DNA of 64,000 bases from contig OZ250150.1 of assembly GCA_965237675.1 (NCBI GenBank), positions 1,312,001 to 1,376,000 of the forward strand, read 5' to 3'. Below are positions 10,734-20,977 of this stretch, piece by piece. Source of the DNA: Candidatus Latescibacterota bacterium. GTDB taxonomy: Bacteria > Latescibacterota > UBA2968 > GCA-2709665. Within the stretch, counting starts at the first letter, position 1. The number at the start of each line of letters is the position of its first letter. The notes beneath the pieces were generated by a model. That model saw only the letters and a list, made by a program, of their open reading frames with translations, was not told the origin of the DNA and made no database searches. The translations under genes and the position numbers were made by a program.

Positions 10734-10956
10734 CCAGGCGAAACCCGGATGCCGGGGCAGGGAATGTCATTTAATGGCACATTCCCTCTTTTTTTGCTAT
10801 CTTACATTTGCGACGGGCCAGCGCGTTGTTTCGGGCAATGTTGCAGGTTTCGACGCCATCCTTTCGCGCCCTTACCGCGACAATTAGCCGACAACGGGTA
10901 TCCGTGCCCGCCATCAATGAGTCGTTTTCGGACACCACCCTGTCAGGTGATCACGT

Positions 10957-12405
10957 ATGGGAATCTGTGCAAGAGAAAAACCGATTGAAGAGACGGATGC
11001 GAAGGAGCGCAGCCTCTGTATTGACAGGATGACGCCCTCTGGCGGCCTGTATACGGATGTCCGGCGCGCGGTGCATCCCAACTCGAACAGTCCGTGGCGG
11101 GTATCGCCCGAACCGTTCTGGATGCCGCAGCGGGTTATAGACGACCTGGAACGGCTGGGCCGTCATCTGTACGATTTCTATAAGGCCTGCAACCTTCTGT
11201 ATTCTCAGAGCGTCAGGAATATTCAACCCGCCTGGGTAGCGGCTTACCTGGACCAGGGAAAGCCGGAAACCGTGATCGGATACGGTCGGATGAACCGTTT
11301 CAAGCAGCATCTGCCCCTGGTGATCCGGCCGGACCTCATTCCAACACCGAAGGGAACGATCGCTTCGGAGTTGGATTCGGTCCCGGGGGGCATCGGGTTT
11401 ACGGCCAGCCTGGCGGAACGGTACGGCCGATTCGGGTTTGAAATTGTGGGTGGTTCCGACGGAATGGTGAACGGATTCATAGGGATGGTACGGTCGGTTG
11501 CCGGGATGGGGGAGCCGGTACTGGGCGTAGTGGTTTCTGAGGAATCATCCGGCTACCGTCCCGAAATGACCTGGTTGGGTGAAGCCTTGAACCGCGCCGG
11601 ACTTGAGACCTATGTTGTGCGCCCCGACGAGGTGTTTTTCAGCGAGGCCGGGCTGTTCGTAAATGGCGCGGACGGAAGGCGGCAGATCGATGTGCTTTAC
11701 CGGTTTTTTGAATTGTTCGACCTGAAAAATATCCCGAAGATGGATCTGATACTCTATGCCATTCGAAAGGGAACGGTAAAAGCAACACCGCCGCTGAAGC
11801 CCCATCTGGAAGAGAAAATGCTTATGGCCCTGTTCCACCACCCCCTTTTGCGTTCGTTCTGGCTCCGCGAACTTGGAGACGAAGGGGTGGATTTCCTGAT
11901 GCAGACCTTTCCGAAAACGTGGATTCTGGACCCGCGTCCCCTGCCGCCGCACGGCGTCATTCCAGGATTGAAGGTAGACGGCCGGGTTTTCGGGAACTGG
12001 CACGCCCTCGGCTCTTTAAGACAGAAACAGCGCCATTTTGTCATCAAACCGTCCGGGTTCTCGGATCAGGCCTGGGGAAGCCGGGGCGTCGCGGTCGGCC
12101 ACGATATGTCCGAGGCGGACTGGCAGGCGACCATCGGGTCCGCGATCGCCGATTATTACAAGTCGCCCCATATTCTGCAGGAGTTCCACACGGGTTCCCG
12201 CTTTTCGGTGGCGTACTACGATTTCGAGTCGGATCGCATGATGCGCCTCAAAGGGCGGGTGCGTATCCAGCCTTACTATTTCGTTTTGGACGGGCAGCCC
12301 GTGTTGTCGGGCGTGCAAGCCACGGTTTGTCCGCCGGACAAGAAAGTATTGCACGGGATGGTCGATGCGGTGGTGATGCCGGGTGGGGTGGGCAATCCAG
12401 GGTGA
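10957..12405 (+). CDS. Uncharacterised circularly permuted ATP-grasp / Gsp-synthetase-like ligase
   Basis: IRPDL, ELDSVPGG, VIKPSG..AWGSRGV, ILQEF pattern; start uncertain. Confidence 0.6.
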   Translation: MGICAREKPIEETDAKERSLCIDRMTPSGGLYTDVRRAVHPNSNSPWRVSPEPFWMPQRVIDDLERLGRHLYDFYKACNLLYSQSVRNIQPAWVAAYLDQGKPETVIGYGRMNRFKQHLPLVIRPDLIPTPKGTIASELDSVPGGIGFTASLAERYGRFGFEIVGGSDGMVNGFIGMVRSVAGMGEPVLGVVVSEESSGYRPEMTWLGEALNRAGLETYVVRPDEVFFSEAGLFVNGADGRRQIDVLYRFFELFDLKNIPKMDLILYAIRKGTVKATPPLKPHLEEKMLMALFHHPLLRSFWLRELGDEGVDFLMQTFPKTWILDPRPLPPHGVIPGLKVDGRVFGNWHALGSLRQKQRHFVIKPSGFSDQAWGSRGVAVGHDMSEADWQATIGSAIADYYKSPHILQEFHTGSRFSVAYYDFESDRMMRLKGRVRIQPYYFVLDGQPVLSGVQATVCPPDKKVLHGMVDAVVMPGGVGNPG

Positions 12406-12425
12406 GGTCTTGAGGGGGTCGCCTT

Positions 12426-13280
12426 ATGAGTGAAGATACGGGAGCCAGGCACTTGCAGGCTGAAGAAAAACTGCGGCGGCTCGAGAACCTCCTCGAGCGG
12501 ATGGGGAGCGTCGTCGTGGCGTTCTCAGGGGGTGTGGACAGCACGTTTCTGGCCGCGGCGGCGCACAGGGCGCTGGGAACGAAGGCGCTGGCGGTGACGG
12601 CGGTTTCGGCCAGCTACGCTACAGGAGAACTCGAGAACGCGCAGGCTCTCGCGGCACGGATCGGTATTTCGATGGAAGTGGTCCACACGCGGGAAATGGA
12701 GAATCCGGACTACGTAAAAAACGAGCCCGACCGATGCTATCATTGCAAGACGGCGTTGGCAGACAAGCTGGATGAAGTCCTCGAAAAGTATGGGGGACGG
12801 TATCGATTTCTGATTTACGGGGCCATCGCGGACGACTTGGGTGACTTCAGGCCAGGCATGAGGGCAGCCCAGGACCGGGGGGTCCGGGCGCCGATGGTCG
12901 AGGTGGGCCTGACAAAAGAAGACATTCGGCTGTTGTCCAGAATCTGGGGCTTGCCCACCTGGGATCAGCCAGCGTCGGCGTGCCTGTCATCCCGCATATC
13001 CTATGGTACGCCCGTCACCGCGGAAGCGCTGTCGATGGTTGACCGGGCAGAGGCCTTTCTCAAAATGCAGGGATTCAGCCTGGTCCGGGTGAGGCACCAT
13101 AACGATATCGCCCGCATTGAAGTTCCGCCCGAAGAGATCGGCCGATTTTTTCTGGATGGACTCGTCGACCGGGTCGTGGCGCAGTTGAAAGAAATCGGAT
13201 ACCGGTACGTCACGGTGGATCTGCAGGGGTACCGAAGTGGGAGTCTGAATGAAACGTTACTGACCATTCGGGGCAAGTAA
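12426..13280 (+). CDS. larE: ATP-dependent sulfur transferase LarE
   Basis: PP-loop SGGVDS, RCYHCK, DFRPG, SACLSSR, RVRHH, GYRSGS. Confidence 0.92.
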   Translation: MSEDTGARHLQAEEKLRRLENLLERMGSVVVAFSGGVDSTFLAAAAHRALGTKALAVTAVSASYATGELENAQALAARIGISMEVVHTREMENPDYVKNEPDRCYHCKTALADKLDEVLEKYGGRYRFLIYGAIADDLGDFRPGMRAAQDRGVRAPMVEVGLTKEDIRLLSRIWGLPTWDQPASACLSSRISYGTPVTAEALSMVDRAEAFLKMQGFSLVRVRHHNDIARIEVPPEEIGRFFLDGLVDRVVAQLKEIGYRYVTVDLQGYRSGSLNETLLTIRGK

Positions 13281-13322
13281 TCATCACCGCGGAAGACGGC
13301 CAACATCCACGGAATCTGAACA

Positions 13323-13919
13323 ATGGCTCTGCTCGAGATAAAAAAATTCGGGTGTCCGACACTCAGAAGGAAGGCGCAACCGGTTGAGGCCGTTACGGAA
13401 GAGGTGCAGAAACTTGTGGACGATATGTTCGAGACGATGTATGCGGCGGAAGGAATCGGGCTGGCGGCCCCCCAGATAGGCGTAAGCCGGCGCGTCGTGG
13501 TTCTGGACGTGAGCCCCAGCGACCCGGCGGTCGAAACAATGGTGTTGATCAACCCGGAATTGGCCCGGGGAGAGGGGGAGGTCGTGGGCGAAGAGGGGTG
13601 CCTGAGCCTGCCGGGGGTTGTCGGAGATGTAAAACGCTGGGCGCAGGTGCATGTAAACGCCCTGGATCGGGACGGCAACGTTGTCAGTGGGGTGATGACG
13701 GATATTGCCGCCCGCGCGGTTCAACACGAGGTCGATCATCTGAACGGCGTTCTGGTGACGGACCATTTCAGCGCAATCAAACGGAATCTTCTTCGCGGCC
13801 AACTCGTTACCTTGAAGCGAGAAGGCAGCCGCCAGCGGCGAGGGTTGACGTACCTGGAAGCAATCCGTCCGGCCAGCGCGGAAGGCGGCCGTCCGAGTAA
13901 ACCGAAGGTCGGGCCATGA
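13323..13919 (+). CDS. def: Peptide deformylase
   Basis: GIGLAAPQIG, EGCLS, QHEVDHLNG. Confidence 0.97.
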   Translation: MALLEIKKFGCPTLRRKAQPVEAVTEEVQKLVDDMFETMYAAEGIGLAAPQIGVSRRVVVLDVSPSDPAVETMVLINPELARGEGEVVGEEGCLSLPGVVGDVKRWAQVHVNALDRDGNVVSGVMTDIAARAVQHEVDHLNGVLVTDHFSAIKRNLLRGQLVTLKREGSRQRRGLTYLEAIRPASAEGGRPSKPKVGP

Positions 13920-14746
13920 ACCCGCATATTGACCTTCATCTGCACTCGACATGCTCTGACGGTACATTCACTCCCCGTGAAGTGGTGCGTCGGGCCGCAG
14001 ACGCCGGACTCAGCTTGATCAGTCTGACAGATCACGATTCGACCGAAGGTGTTTCCGCGGCGCAGGCAGAAGGCGAACGGCTGGGTGTCGAGGTGGTGCC
14101 AGGGACCGAGTTGAGTGCCCAGGCCGACGGCACCGACGTGCATATCCTGGGGTACTTTATAGATCCCAATCATCCGGACCTGATTGCCTGTCTTGAAACC
14201 TATCGAAACGCGAGGTTGCTGCGGGCAGAACGAATAGTGATAAAGCTGAATCGTATGGGGTTACGGGTGTCCATGGAGCAGGTCCTTGCGCGGGCGGGTT
14301 CCGGCTCGATCGGACGTCCGCACATCGCCGATGTGATGATGGAAGAAGGCCTGGTTTTCACCGTCGACGAAGCGTTTCATAGGTACCTGGGTTATTCGAA
14401 ACCGGCTTATCAAAGCAAACATTCGTTGTCCCCGTTGCGGGCTATTCAGGTAATCAGGGCCGCGGGCGGGCTGGCCTGTCTTGCGCATCCGGGGCTGTAC
14501 CGAAGGGACGATCTGATTTCGTCAATGGTCTCAGACGGGCTGGATGGCATCGAGGTGCGACACACCAAGCACAACGCCTCGCAGGTCGCTCGGTATTCGA
14601 AGATTGCGAGGCGGCACAACCTGTTATGCTCCGGCGGCTCCGACTGCCACGGCGACGGCAGGGGGGATCCGGTGATCGGGAGCGTCGAGGTGCCGATATC
14701 CTATGTCGAGGCGATGCGGGAGCGGCTGAAAACCGGAGAAACCTGA
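13916..14746 (+). CDS. PHP-domain phosphoesterase
   Basis: DLHLHSTCSDG, TDHD, GRPHIA, LAHP, GGSDCHG. Confidence 0.92.
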   Translation: MNPHIDLHLHSTCSDGTFTPREVVRRAADAGLSLISLTDHDSTEGVSAAQAEGERLGVEVVPGTELSAQADGTDVHILGYFIDPNHPDLIACLETYRNARLLRAERIVIKLNRMGLRVSMEQVLARAGSGSIGRPHIADVMMEEGLVFTVDEAFHRYLGYSKPAYQSKHSLSPLRAIQVIRAAGGLACLAHPGLYRRDDLISSMVSDGLDGIEVRHTKHNASQVARYSKIARRHNLLCSGGSDCHGDGRGDPVIGSVEVPISYVEAMRERLKTGET

Positions 14747-14833
14747 GGATGCGATGCAGGAACGCGGAAAACGCGGGCACTTGCCAGGCGCACCGCCGGC
14801 ATCACGACTTTCGAGTCTGGATGGAACCAGCCA

Positions 14834-15814
14834 ATGCGGTCGGGAAATGTCTTTTTTGACGAAGACCGGGCCGATCTCTATTTCCTGAATACCCGAGAAG
14901 TGTTATCTCGCGAGGAGATCGATCCCGTTGTGGCGATGGAGGTGTTTCCGAACGGGAATGGTATCCTTTGCGGTATGGCAGAGGTGCTGGAGAACCTCGC
15001 GTCGGTGTGGGCCGATGACACGTCCGTATGGGCGCTGGGCGAGGGCCAGACGATGTCCCGCAAGGAGGTCGTGCTTCGGATTCGGGCCCGTTACAGCAGT
15101 TTTGGTATCTTCGAGACCGCTTTTCTCGGCACGCTTGCCCAGAAAAGCGGCTGGGCGACGGCGGCGCGGACGTGCGTGGCGGCCGCAGCGGGCATTCCGG
15201 TCATCAGCTTTGGCGCGCGGCACGTCCACCCGGCGATTTCCGATCACATGGAGTATTCGGCCATGGTGGGAGGGTGCTCCGGTTGCGCCACGCCGGCGGG
15301 GGCGCGGTTGGCCGGCCGGGAGGCGACGGGCACCATGCCCCACGCACTGATGTTAATCATGGGAGACACGTTGACCGCCGCCCAGGCCTTCGACCGGCAT
15401 ATGCCGGAGTCGATCCGGCGGATTGTGCTGGTGGATACATTTATGGATGAGGCGGACGAAAGTGTTCGGTTGGCCCGGGCGATGGGAGGACGGCTGCTGG
15501 GCGTGCGCCTGGACACACCCTCTGAACTGGGTGGCGTGACCCCCGATCTCGTGGGTCGGGTTCGAAACCGGCTGGATCGCTCTGGTCGTCCGGATGTGAA
15601 GATCTACGTAAGCGGTGGGATGACGCCGGAACGGATCCGGGAATTCGTAGAGGCCGGGTCCGCGGTGGATGGGTTCGGCGTGGGCAGCGCAATCAGTGGA
15701 GCGCCCCCGATCGACTTTACGGCGGATATCAAAGCCGTTGGAACGCGGACCGTAGCGAAGCGGGGGCGGAGGGCGGGGGTGACGGAGAACGCCAGGCTGA
15801 GCCGCGTGCGTTGA
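14834..15814 (+). CDS. pncB: Nicotinate phosphoribosyltransferase
   Basis: DLYF, SFGARH, GTMPHA, LVDTF, GVRLDTP, SGG, FGVGS. Confidence 0.85.
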   Translation: MRSGNVFFDEDRADLYFLNTREVLSREEIDPVVAMEVFPNGNGILCGMAEVLENLASVWADDTSVWALGEGQTMSRKEVVLRIRARYSSFGIFETAFLGTLAQKSGWATAARTCVAAAAGIPVISFGARHVHPAISDHMEYSAMVGGCSGCATPAGARLAGREATGTMPHALMLIMGDTLTAAQAFDRHMPESIRRIVLVDTFMDEADESVRLARAMGGRLLGVRLDTPSELGGVTPDLVGRVRNRLDRSGRPDVKIYVSGGMTPERIREFVEAGSAVDGFGVGSAISGAPPIDFTADIKAVGTRTVAKRGRRAGVTENARLSRVR

Positions 15815-15867
15815 CGGAGCGATTTCACAGCCGTCTGATATTCCAACTACAGGGGTGGAGAAGGGCG

Positions 15868-16128
15868 ATGGAGGTCAAGGTACTTTTTTTTGCGTCGTGC
15901 AGGGATCTTGTTGGAAAACGCGAGGCGTCGATTTCGCTGCCCGAAGGTGCCGGTGTGGCCGACCTGCTGGCGCGGTTGGCGGCCGATCAACCCCGGTTGC
16001 TGGAAATGGAAGCCAGCCTGATGGTGTCGGTCAACCAGGCGTACGTGGATAGATCTCAGCGGCTTAATGATGGCGACGAGGTGGCGTTTATCCCGCCGGT
16101 AAGCGGAGGAAGCGCCGATGGCCGGTGA
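15868..16128 (+). CDS. moaD: Molybdopterin synthase sulfur carrier with 5-aa tail after GG
   Basis: VKVLFFA...VNQAY...GDEVAFIPPVSGG-SADGR. Confidence 0.9.
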   Translation: MEVKVLFFASCRDLVGKREASISLPEGAGVADLLARLAADQPRLLEMEASLMVSVNQAYVDRSQRLNDGDEVAFIPPVSGGSADGR

Positions 16129-16570
16129 TCTGTACCGGATTCAGGAGGATCCCATACCAGCCGATGCGCTGCACGACGCTGTGCTGAGAGATTCGGATGG
16201 CGCGGTGGCGACGTTTGCCGGGGTGGTGCGGAACCATGCAATGGGCCGCCAGACCAGATATCTGGTGTACGATGCCTACAAAGAGATGGCCGAGAAGAAG
16301 ATGTCGGAGATTGGCGGGGAGGTCAGGGAAAAGTGGGAGGTGGATGCTGTTGGCATGCTGCATCGTTTGGGACGCCTGGAGATTGGCGAGATCAGTGTGT
16401 TGATTGCGATATCCGCGCCGCACCGGAAGGCCGCTCTGGAGGCCTGTCACTACGCGATTGACCGCTTGAAGGAAACGGTGCCCATCTGGAAAAAAGAGGT
16501 GTGGACGGACGGAGAAGAATGGATTGAAGGCGATCCGTCGGCGTCTCATGGGATAGCGGGCAGCAGATAG
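16118..16570 (+). CDS. moaE: Molybdopterin synthase catalytic subunit
   Basis: GAVATFAGVVR, HRLG.L.IGE, HRK, LKETVPIWKKE. Confidence 0.95.
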   Translation: MAGDLYRIQEDPIPADALHDAVLRDSDGAVATFAGVVRNHAMGRQTRYLVYDAYKEMAEKKMSEIGGEVREKWEVDAVGMLHRLGRLEIGEISVLIAISAPHRKAALEACHYAIDRLKETVPIWKKEVWTDGEEWIEGDPSASHGIAGSR

Positions 16571-16766
16571 CTGTCAGCGGTCAGCAATCAGCTTACAGCG
16601 GTCGGCAATACGGCCCAGCGATGGCAATTTACGGATGTCTGGTTTTTGTAGGGGCGGTTCGCGAACCGCCCTGTCTTTAGCGTCCAACAGACAGCTGTCA
16701 GCCGTCCGCGATGTGGACAGTCGATGTTAATTCATTTTGTAGGGGCGACCGGCCGGTCGCCCCTAC
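16561..16766. repeat. CAGC-type degenerate heptamer run plus two GTAG-tagged REP-like palindromes
   Basis: GTAGGGGCGGTTCGCGAACCGCCC (16648-16671; also at 49929) and GTAGGGGCGACCGGCCGGTCGCCCCTAC (16739-16766; identical at 62548). Confidence 0.8.
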
Positions 16767-16800
16767 AGATACCGCGCAGCGGTCCTGCCCGGTCTACCAA

Positions 16801-17697
16801 ATGACCTTACAGTCCCGGAGCACAACCGATCATTCGCCTTTCCGAATTTCCCCGGCCCTTTGCCATCTGTTGGGCATCACGGTGTTGGTTCTAGGCGTTT
16901 CTGCCGCAGTGGAGGCGGCGGCGTCGGACTCGAGCACGCTCCGGACGGCATCCGGTGACAGTATCGTCACATCTTATGCGGATTCGGCGATCGCGGGGAA
17001 GCCGCGTCGCTACACATACCGCGTAGTACATACGTATCCGCACGATCCCGGCGCATTTACGCAGGGCCTCGTCTATGAAGATGGATATTTGTACGAGGGA
17101 ACGGGGCTTTTCGGGCGGTCCTCGTTGCGCAAGGTCGTACTGGAAACGGGCAAAGTTACGCGGATGCATCCGCTGGAATCCCGGCTTTTCGGAGAAGGAA
17201 TAACAATATTCGGAAATCGTATCATTCAGCTGACCTGGGTGGCCCGGACCGGATTTGTCTACGATAAGGAACGGTTCGAGCGGTTGCGGTCTTTCACCTA
17301 TTCCACCGAGGGGTGGGGGATAACGCACGACGGCCGGCGGTTGATCGTGAGCGACGGGTCGTCGACCCTGTATTTTAGAAATCCCGAGACGCTTGAGGAG
17401 GTCGGACGGGTTGAGGTCCGGGACGATATGGGTCCGGTAACCCGGCTGAATGAATTGGAATTCGTTGAAGGCGAAGTCTACGCGAATGTATGGGAAACGG
17501 ATCTGATCGCCAGGATCGATCCGGAGTCCGGCGGGGTGGTGGGCTGGATCGACCTGACCGGGTTGTTGGAGGGACGGGAGCGACTCGGCGCGGATGCCAC
17601 GTTGAACGGAATAGCCTACGATTCAACGAGAAAGCGCCTGTTTGTGACCGGGAAACGATGGCCGAAGCTGTTCGAGATCGAAACGGTGCCTAGGTAA
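16801..17697 (+). CDS. Glutaminyl-peptide cyclotransferase (type I, beta-propeller)
   Basis: YPHD..AFTQGL, FGEGIT, EGWG, SDGS, LNELE, LNGIA, TGK.WP; N-terminal hydrophobic segment; start uncertain. Confidence 0.9.
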   Translation: MTLQSRSTTDHSPFRISPALCHLLGITVLVLGVSAAVEAAASDSSTLRTASGDSIVTSYADSAIAGKPRRYTYRVVHTYPHDPGAFTQGLVYEDGYLYEGTGLFGRSSLRKVVLETGKVTRMHPLESRLFGEGITIFGNRIIQLTWVARTGFVYDKERFERLRSFTYSTEGWGITHDGRRLIVSDGSSTLYFRNPETLEEVGRVEVRDDMGPVTRLNELEFVEGEVYANVWETDLIARIDPESGGVVGWIDLTGLLEGRERLGADATLNGIAYDSTRKRLFVTGKRWPKLFEIETVPR

Positions 17698-17771
17698 AGA
17701 CGGAACGGTCGTTCGGGACGTGGGCCCCCAGGCCCGGTGGGAGATGTCAGAGGCACGGTGAAAGCCGTGCC

Positions 17772-19160
17772 TTATCTGTTATGGCGCCATTTGAGCAGCG
17801 TGCCAATATCCATCAGATAGGTGTGGTCTGATTCTTCACTTCCGGTGAGATTCTCCAGGGATTCGATCCTGGCCGTGGTGGAACGGCAGAGACCGTTGAA
17901 GATATTGGGCGGCACGGGCACGCGGTTGCGGATCTTGTAGAAGGCGCGGATGAGTTCGGCGCGGGCGGCGCCCGCGTTGCCCACGGGGTTGCCCCCGCTG
18001 TCGAGATGGAAATCCCGGTCGTATTCCCAGCCCATGCAGTAGTCCCCCGACGCAGTTTGCAGAAAGGTGGCGAAGTTGAGGGCTGCGCAGAGCCGGGCCC
18101 TGAGCGGCTCGCAAAAGGAATGGTCCGGGGGCAGGACGTCGTACAGAGAGGCGAGTCCGTTGGCGGTAATGGACTGATAGCCGATATGGAAGTTGTGACC
18201 CGGCCACCCGCCGCGGGGAAGCTGCGCAAAGAAGACGCCGCCTCGGGTACGCCAGATAGCCGTCTCCAGGTATTTGTCTTCGCCGGTGAAAGCATACAGC
18301 AGGGAGAGAAACCACAGGGCGAATGCATCGTAATTGTTGTTTCCGGTAAAGGGGCAGGTCATCGTCCAGTCGGCGGCCCTTCGAACGGCATCGAGGTATT
18401 TTTCTTCTCGGGTGACGCGATGCCCTTCTGCAAGGGCGAGGCCGGCCCAACCCGTGTCATAGAAATTATCTCGCTGGTTCATCACGCCGCCCGGAACGCC
18501 TTTGTACCACCAGCGGAAGGCGCCGTTCTCATCCTGCTCGGCAAGGAGATAGTCCAGGCCGCCGAGAGCGATCTCTTTGTATTGCTCGTTGCCGAGGGCC
18601 TCATACGCGTAGAGATACCCGAGCGTGACATTGGCGGGCCAGCGGTACGCAGGTTTTGCGAGGTTCGGGACCTTGCCCCAGCCGCCGTCCGCGTTGCGGC
18701 AGCGTTGGCAGGCGGTATGGGCCGTATGAAACGCCGCCGCGAGCGTCTCCGGGTCAACGGGTTCAAAGGTACAGGAAGCGTCGACGATGCAGTCCCGGGG
18801 CGCAACCGGGAAGCCGTCGGGCATGCGGCGCCCGGGCACGACCACCTCGAAGGATTCGGTGGCGATTGCCCTGGTATTCTGCAATTCCGAGAGGACCTGC
18901 GCGGTGATGAGATATGCGCCAGGCGGAAAATCGGGTTCCAGGTCGCAGTGGAACGGGAGGACAGAGTGCTCGCCGTCCAGGTCCCGGTCTACATCGCGGA
19001 ATGAGAGCCGCGTGGCGCCGAGGGGATCGTTCACAGAGAATCGGACGCGGACCGTTTGCTTGTCCAGCCCGATGACGTGAAGATCAATGGAGATCCGCTG
19101 GCCGGGAACGAAGCCGATGCTCTTTTCGGGGATAGATATGAGGAGAAGGGGTTCGGGCAT
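17772..19160 (-). CDS. Hypothetical protein with probable (alpha/alpha) barrel C-terminal domain
   Basis: Repeated motifs YEALGNEQY, QDENGAF, TREEKYLDA, TGEDKYLE; co-oriented with the hydrolases. Confidence 0.6.
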   Translation of the reverse strand: MPEPLLLISIPEKSIGFVPGQRISIDLHVIGLDKQTVRVRFSVNDPLGATRLSFRDVDRDLDGEHSVLPFHCDLEPDFPPGAYLITAQVLSELQNTRAIATESFEVVVPGRRMPDGFPVAPRDCIVDASCTFEPVDPETLAAAFHTAHTACQRCRNADGGWGKVPNLAKPAYRWPANVTLGYLYAYEALGNEQYKEIALGGLDYLLAEQDENGAFRWWYKGVPGGVMNQRDNFYDTGWAGLALAEGHRVTREEKYLDAVRRAADWTMTCPFTGNNNYDAFALWFLSLLYAFTGEDKYLETAIWRTRGGVFFAQLPRGGWPGHNFHIGYQSITANGLASLYDVLPPDHSFCEPLRARLCAALNFATFLQTASGDYCMGWEYDRDFHLDSGGNPVGNAGAARAELIRAFYKIRNRVPVPPNIFNGLCRSTTARIESLENLTGSEESDHTYLMDIGTLLKWRHNR

Positions 19161-19239
19161 GTCCGGAAGCTCTTTTCATGCGCGCTGGGTCGGGACGGGA
19201 GGGACGCCGCCCGCCAGCCGCCTTTACGGGTCTTGATAG

Positions 19240-20916
19240 TTATGTTGCCGGAATAACCGGCAGGACGATGTGGGACGGATATTCCTTTGAGTGATGGACG
19301 GTCTGACGGGCCTGGCGCATTTCGGTCTCGCTTCCCAGGCTGCGGCCCGTGTTGAGATTGCGGTCGAACCGCGGAAAGTTGGAAGACGAGATCTCGAGGC
19401 GGACGCGGTGACCTTTCTTGAAGACGTTTCCCGTGACGCCCAGGTCGATTTCATAGGCGTAGACGCTGCCGGGTTCAAGCAGGGATGGGCTGGCAAAGCC
19501 TTCACGAAAACGGGCTCTCAGGATGCCGTCGCAGAGGTTCATGGCGTACCCGGAGGGGGATACGTCCACCAGTTTGGCGGTCCAGTCCGTGTCCGTGCAA
19601 TCGGTGGCGGCGTAGAGTACGGCCTTGACGGGTCCCGTGACTTCCAGGTCTGTTTCCACAGGGTCGCTGGTATAACAGAGCACGTCGCTCCGCATTTCGG
19701 CCGGGCGCTGGTCCTGCGGCCCCCAGGGGACGATATGTGGCGAGCAGCAGTTGTTACCGCCCATCGTCGGCGCGGGGTAGCGCGGATCATAGGTGTAATG
19801 ATCGGGGCGCTCCTGGCCCGGTGGATCGGTCGAGAGGCAGCCGTCGCCAAGCAGCGTGTTGGCGTGGCCGGCGGAATGCAGTTGCCATTTTTGCCACTGG
19901 GTTCGTGCCAGGGGCCATTCGCATTCATCTCGCCACTGGTTGACACCCATGATGAACAGCCTCAGCGGCGGTTCGTCCACGATGCCGTTGTCGATGCCCT
20001 TGAGCCAGTAATCGAACCAGCGCTGTTCGAGGCTTTCGAGGTCGACCATGGAAGGCGCTCCGAAGTCGACGTCGCCGGTTTTTGGCGACGTGCTGAGGGC
20101 ATGCGGCCAGGGCCCCACGATGAGTTTGCTCTTCCTTGCCTCTTCCGTGCCTCCATTCAGACGAAGACCGTTGTAGTTGCTGAAGGTCTGGGCGGCATAG
20201 AGGTCGTACCACCCGCCCATATTGAACGCGGGGGCGGCAATTTCGCCCCACCGGGTCTCGTCGTTGAATTCTTCCCAGTAGTCGTCGTAGGCTGCGTGTT
20301 CGACCCAGTCTTTCCAGAACGCGACGTCCCGGCCCGCGTGTTCGTCCATTCTGTTGAGGGGCAGCGCGCGGAAGGCTTCTGTCCAGTTGTGAAATTCGAT
20401 GGTCTGGCCGGTGCGTGAGTTGGTGCGCATGCCCCAGGTAAGCATCACGTTGAGCTGAAAGGCGCCGCCGGGGTGGACGAGGCCGGTGTAGTAGTCGGTG
20501 CAGATGACCCGGGGCGTCATGCATTTGAGATAACGATTCCCGTACGGCGCGCTGCGCCACTGTACGGCGCCGCCGTAGGAACTGCCGGCCATCCCGATAT
20601 TGCCGCTGCACCATTCCCGTGTTCCGATCCACTCCTGGGTGTCGTACCCGTCTTCACCTTCGCGAAACGCGTAATAGGTGCCTTCGGAGTCCCAGCGCCC
20701 GCGGCAGTCCTGGAGGACGCAGGCGTATCCGTTATTGGCCAGCCGCCGGGCCTTGTCGACCATCCCGTCGGCATTATTGCTGTAGGGCGTGCGCATGAGT
20801 ACCGTGGGAAATCTTCCATGCGCACGAGGCACGTATATGTCGGCCGAAAGATTCACCCCGTCGCGCATGGGGACCTTAACGTCCAGCCGCATGTCAACAT
20901 CGTAGTTTGGCAGCAT
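19240..20916 (-). CDS. CocE/NonD family hydrolase
   Basis: VPMRDGV.L.AD, RTPY, QDCRGR..SEG, GSSYGG, GWYD, GPWPH, SSNFPRFDRN; GGAGG RBS before ATG 20916. Confidence 0.93.
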   Translation of the reverse strand: MLPNYDVDMRLDVKVPMRDGVNLSADIYVPRAHGRFPTVLMRTPYSNNADGMVDKARRLANNGYACVLQDCRGRWDSEGTYYAFREGEDGYDTQEWIGTREWCSGNIGMAGSSYGGAVQWRSAPYGNRYLKCMTPRVICTDYYTGLVHPGGAFQLNVMLTWGMRTNSRTGQTIEFHNWTEAFRALPLNRMDEHAGRDVAFWKDWVEHAAYDDYWEEFNDETRWGEIAAPAFNMGGWYDLYAAQTFSNYNGLRLNGGTEEARKSKLIVGPWPHALSTSPKTGDVDFGAPSMVDLESLEQRWFDYWLKGIDNGIVDEPPLRLFIMGVNQWRDECEWPLARTQWQKWQLHSAGHANTLLGDGCLSTDPPGQERPDHYTYDPRYPAPTMGGNNCCSPHIVPWGPQDQRPAEMRSDVLCYTSDPVETDLEVTGPVKAVLYAATDCTDTDWTAKLVDVSPSGYAMNLCDGILRARFREGFASPSLLEPGSVYAYEIDLGVTGNVFKKGHRVRLEISSSNFPRFDRNLNTGRSLGSETEMRQARQTVHHSKEYPSHIVLPVIPAT

Positions 20917-20977
20917 TAAGACCTCCAATTTTGCATTTTCATTGTTTTCCGCCTTTCTCTCCAGTGCCATGGAACGA

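Noticed and set aside
18006-20418. Long plus-strand ORFs 18006-19004 and 19291-20418
   Set aside because: Antisense to better-supported minus-strand genes; typical high-GC shadow frames
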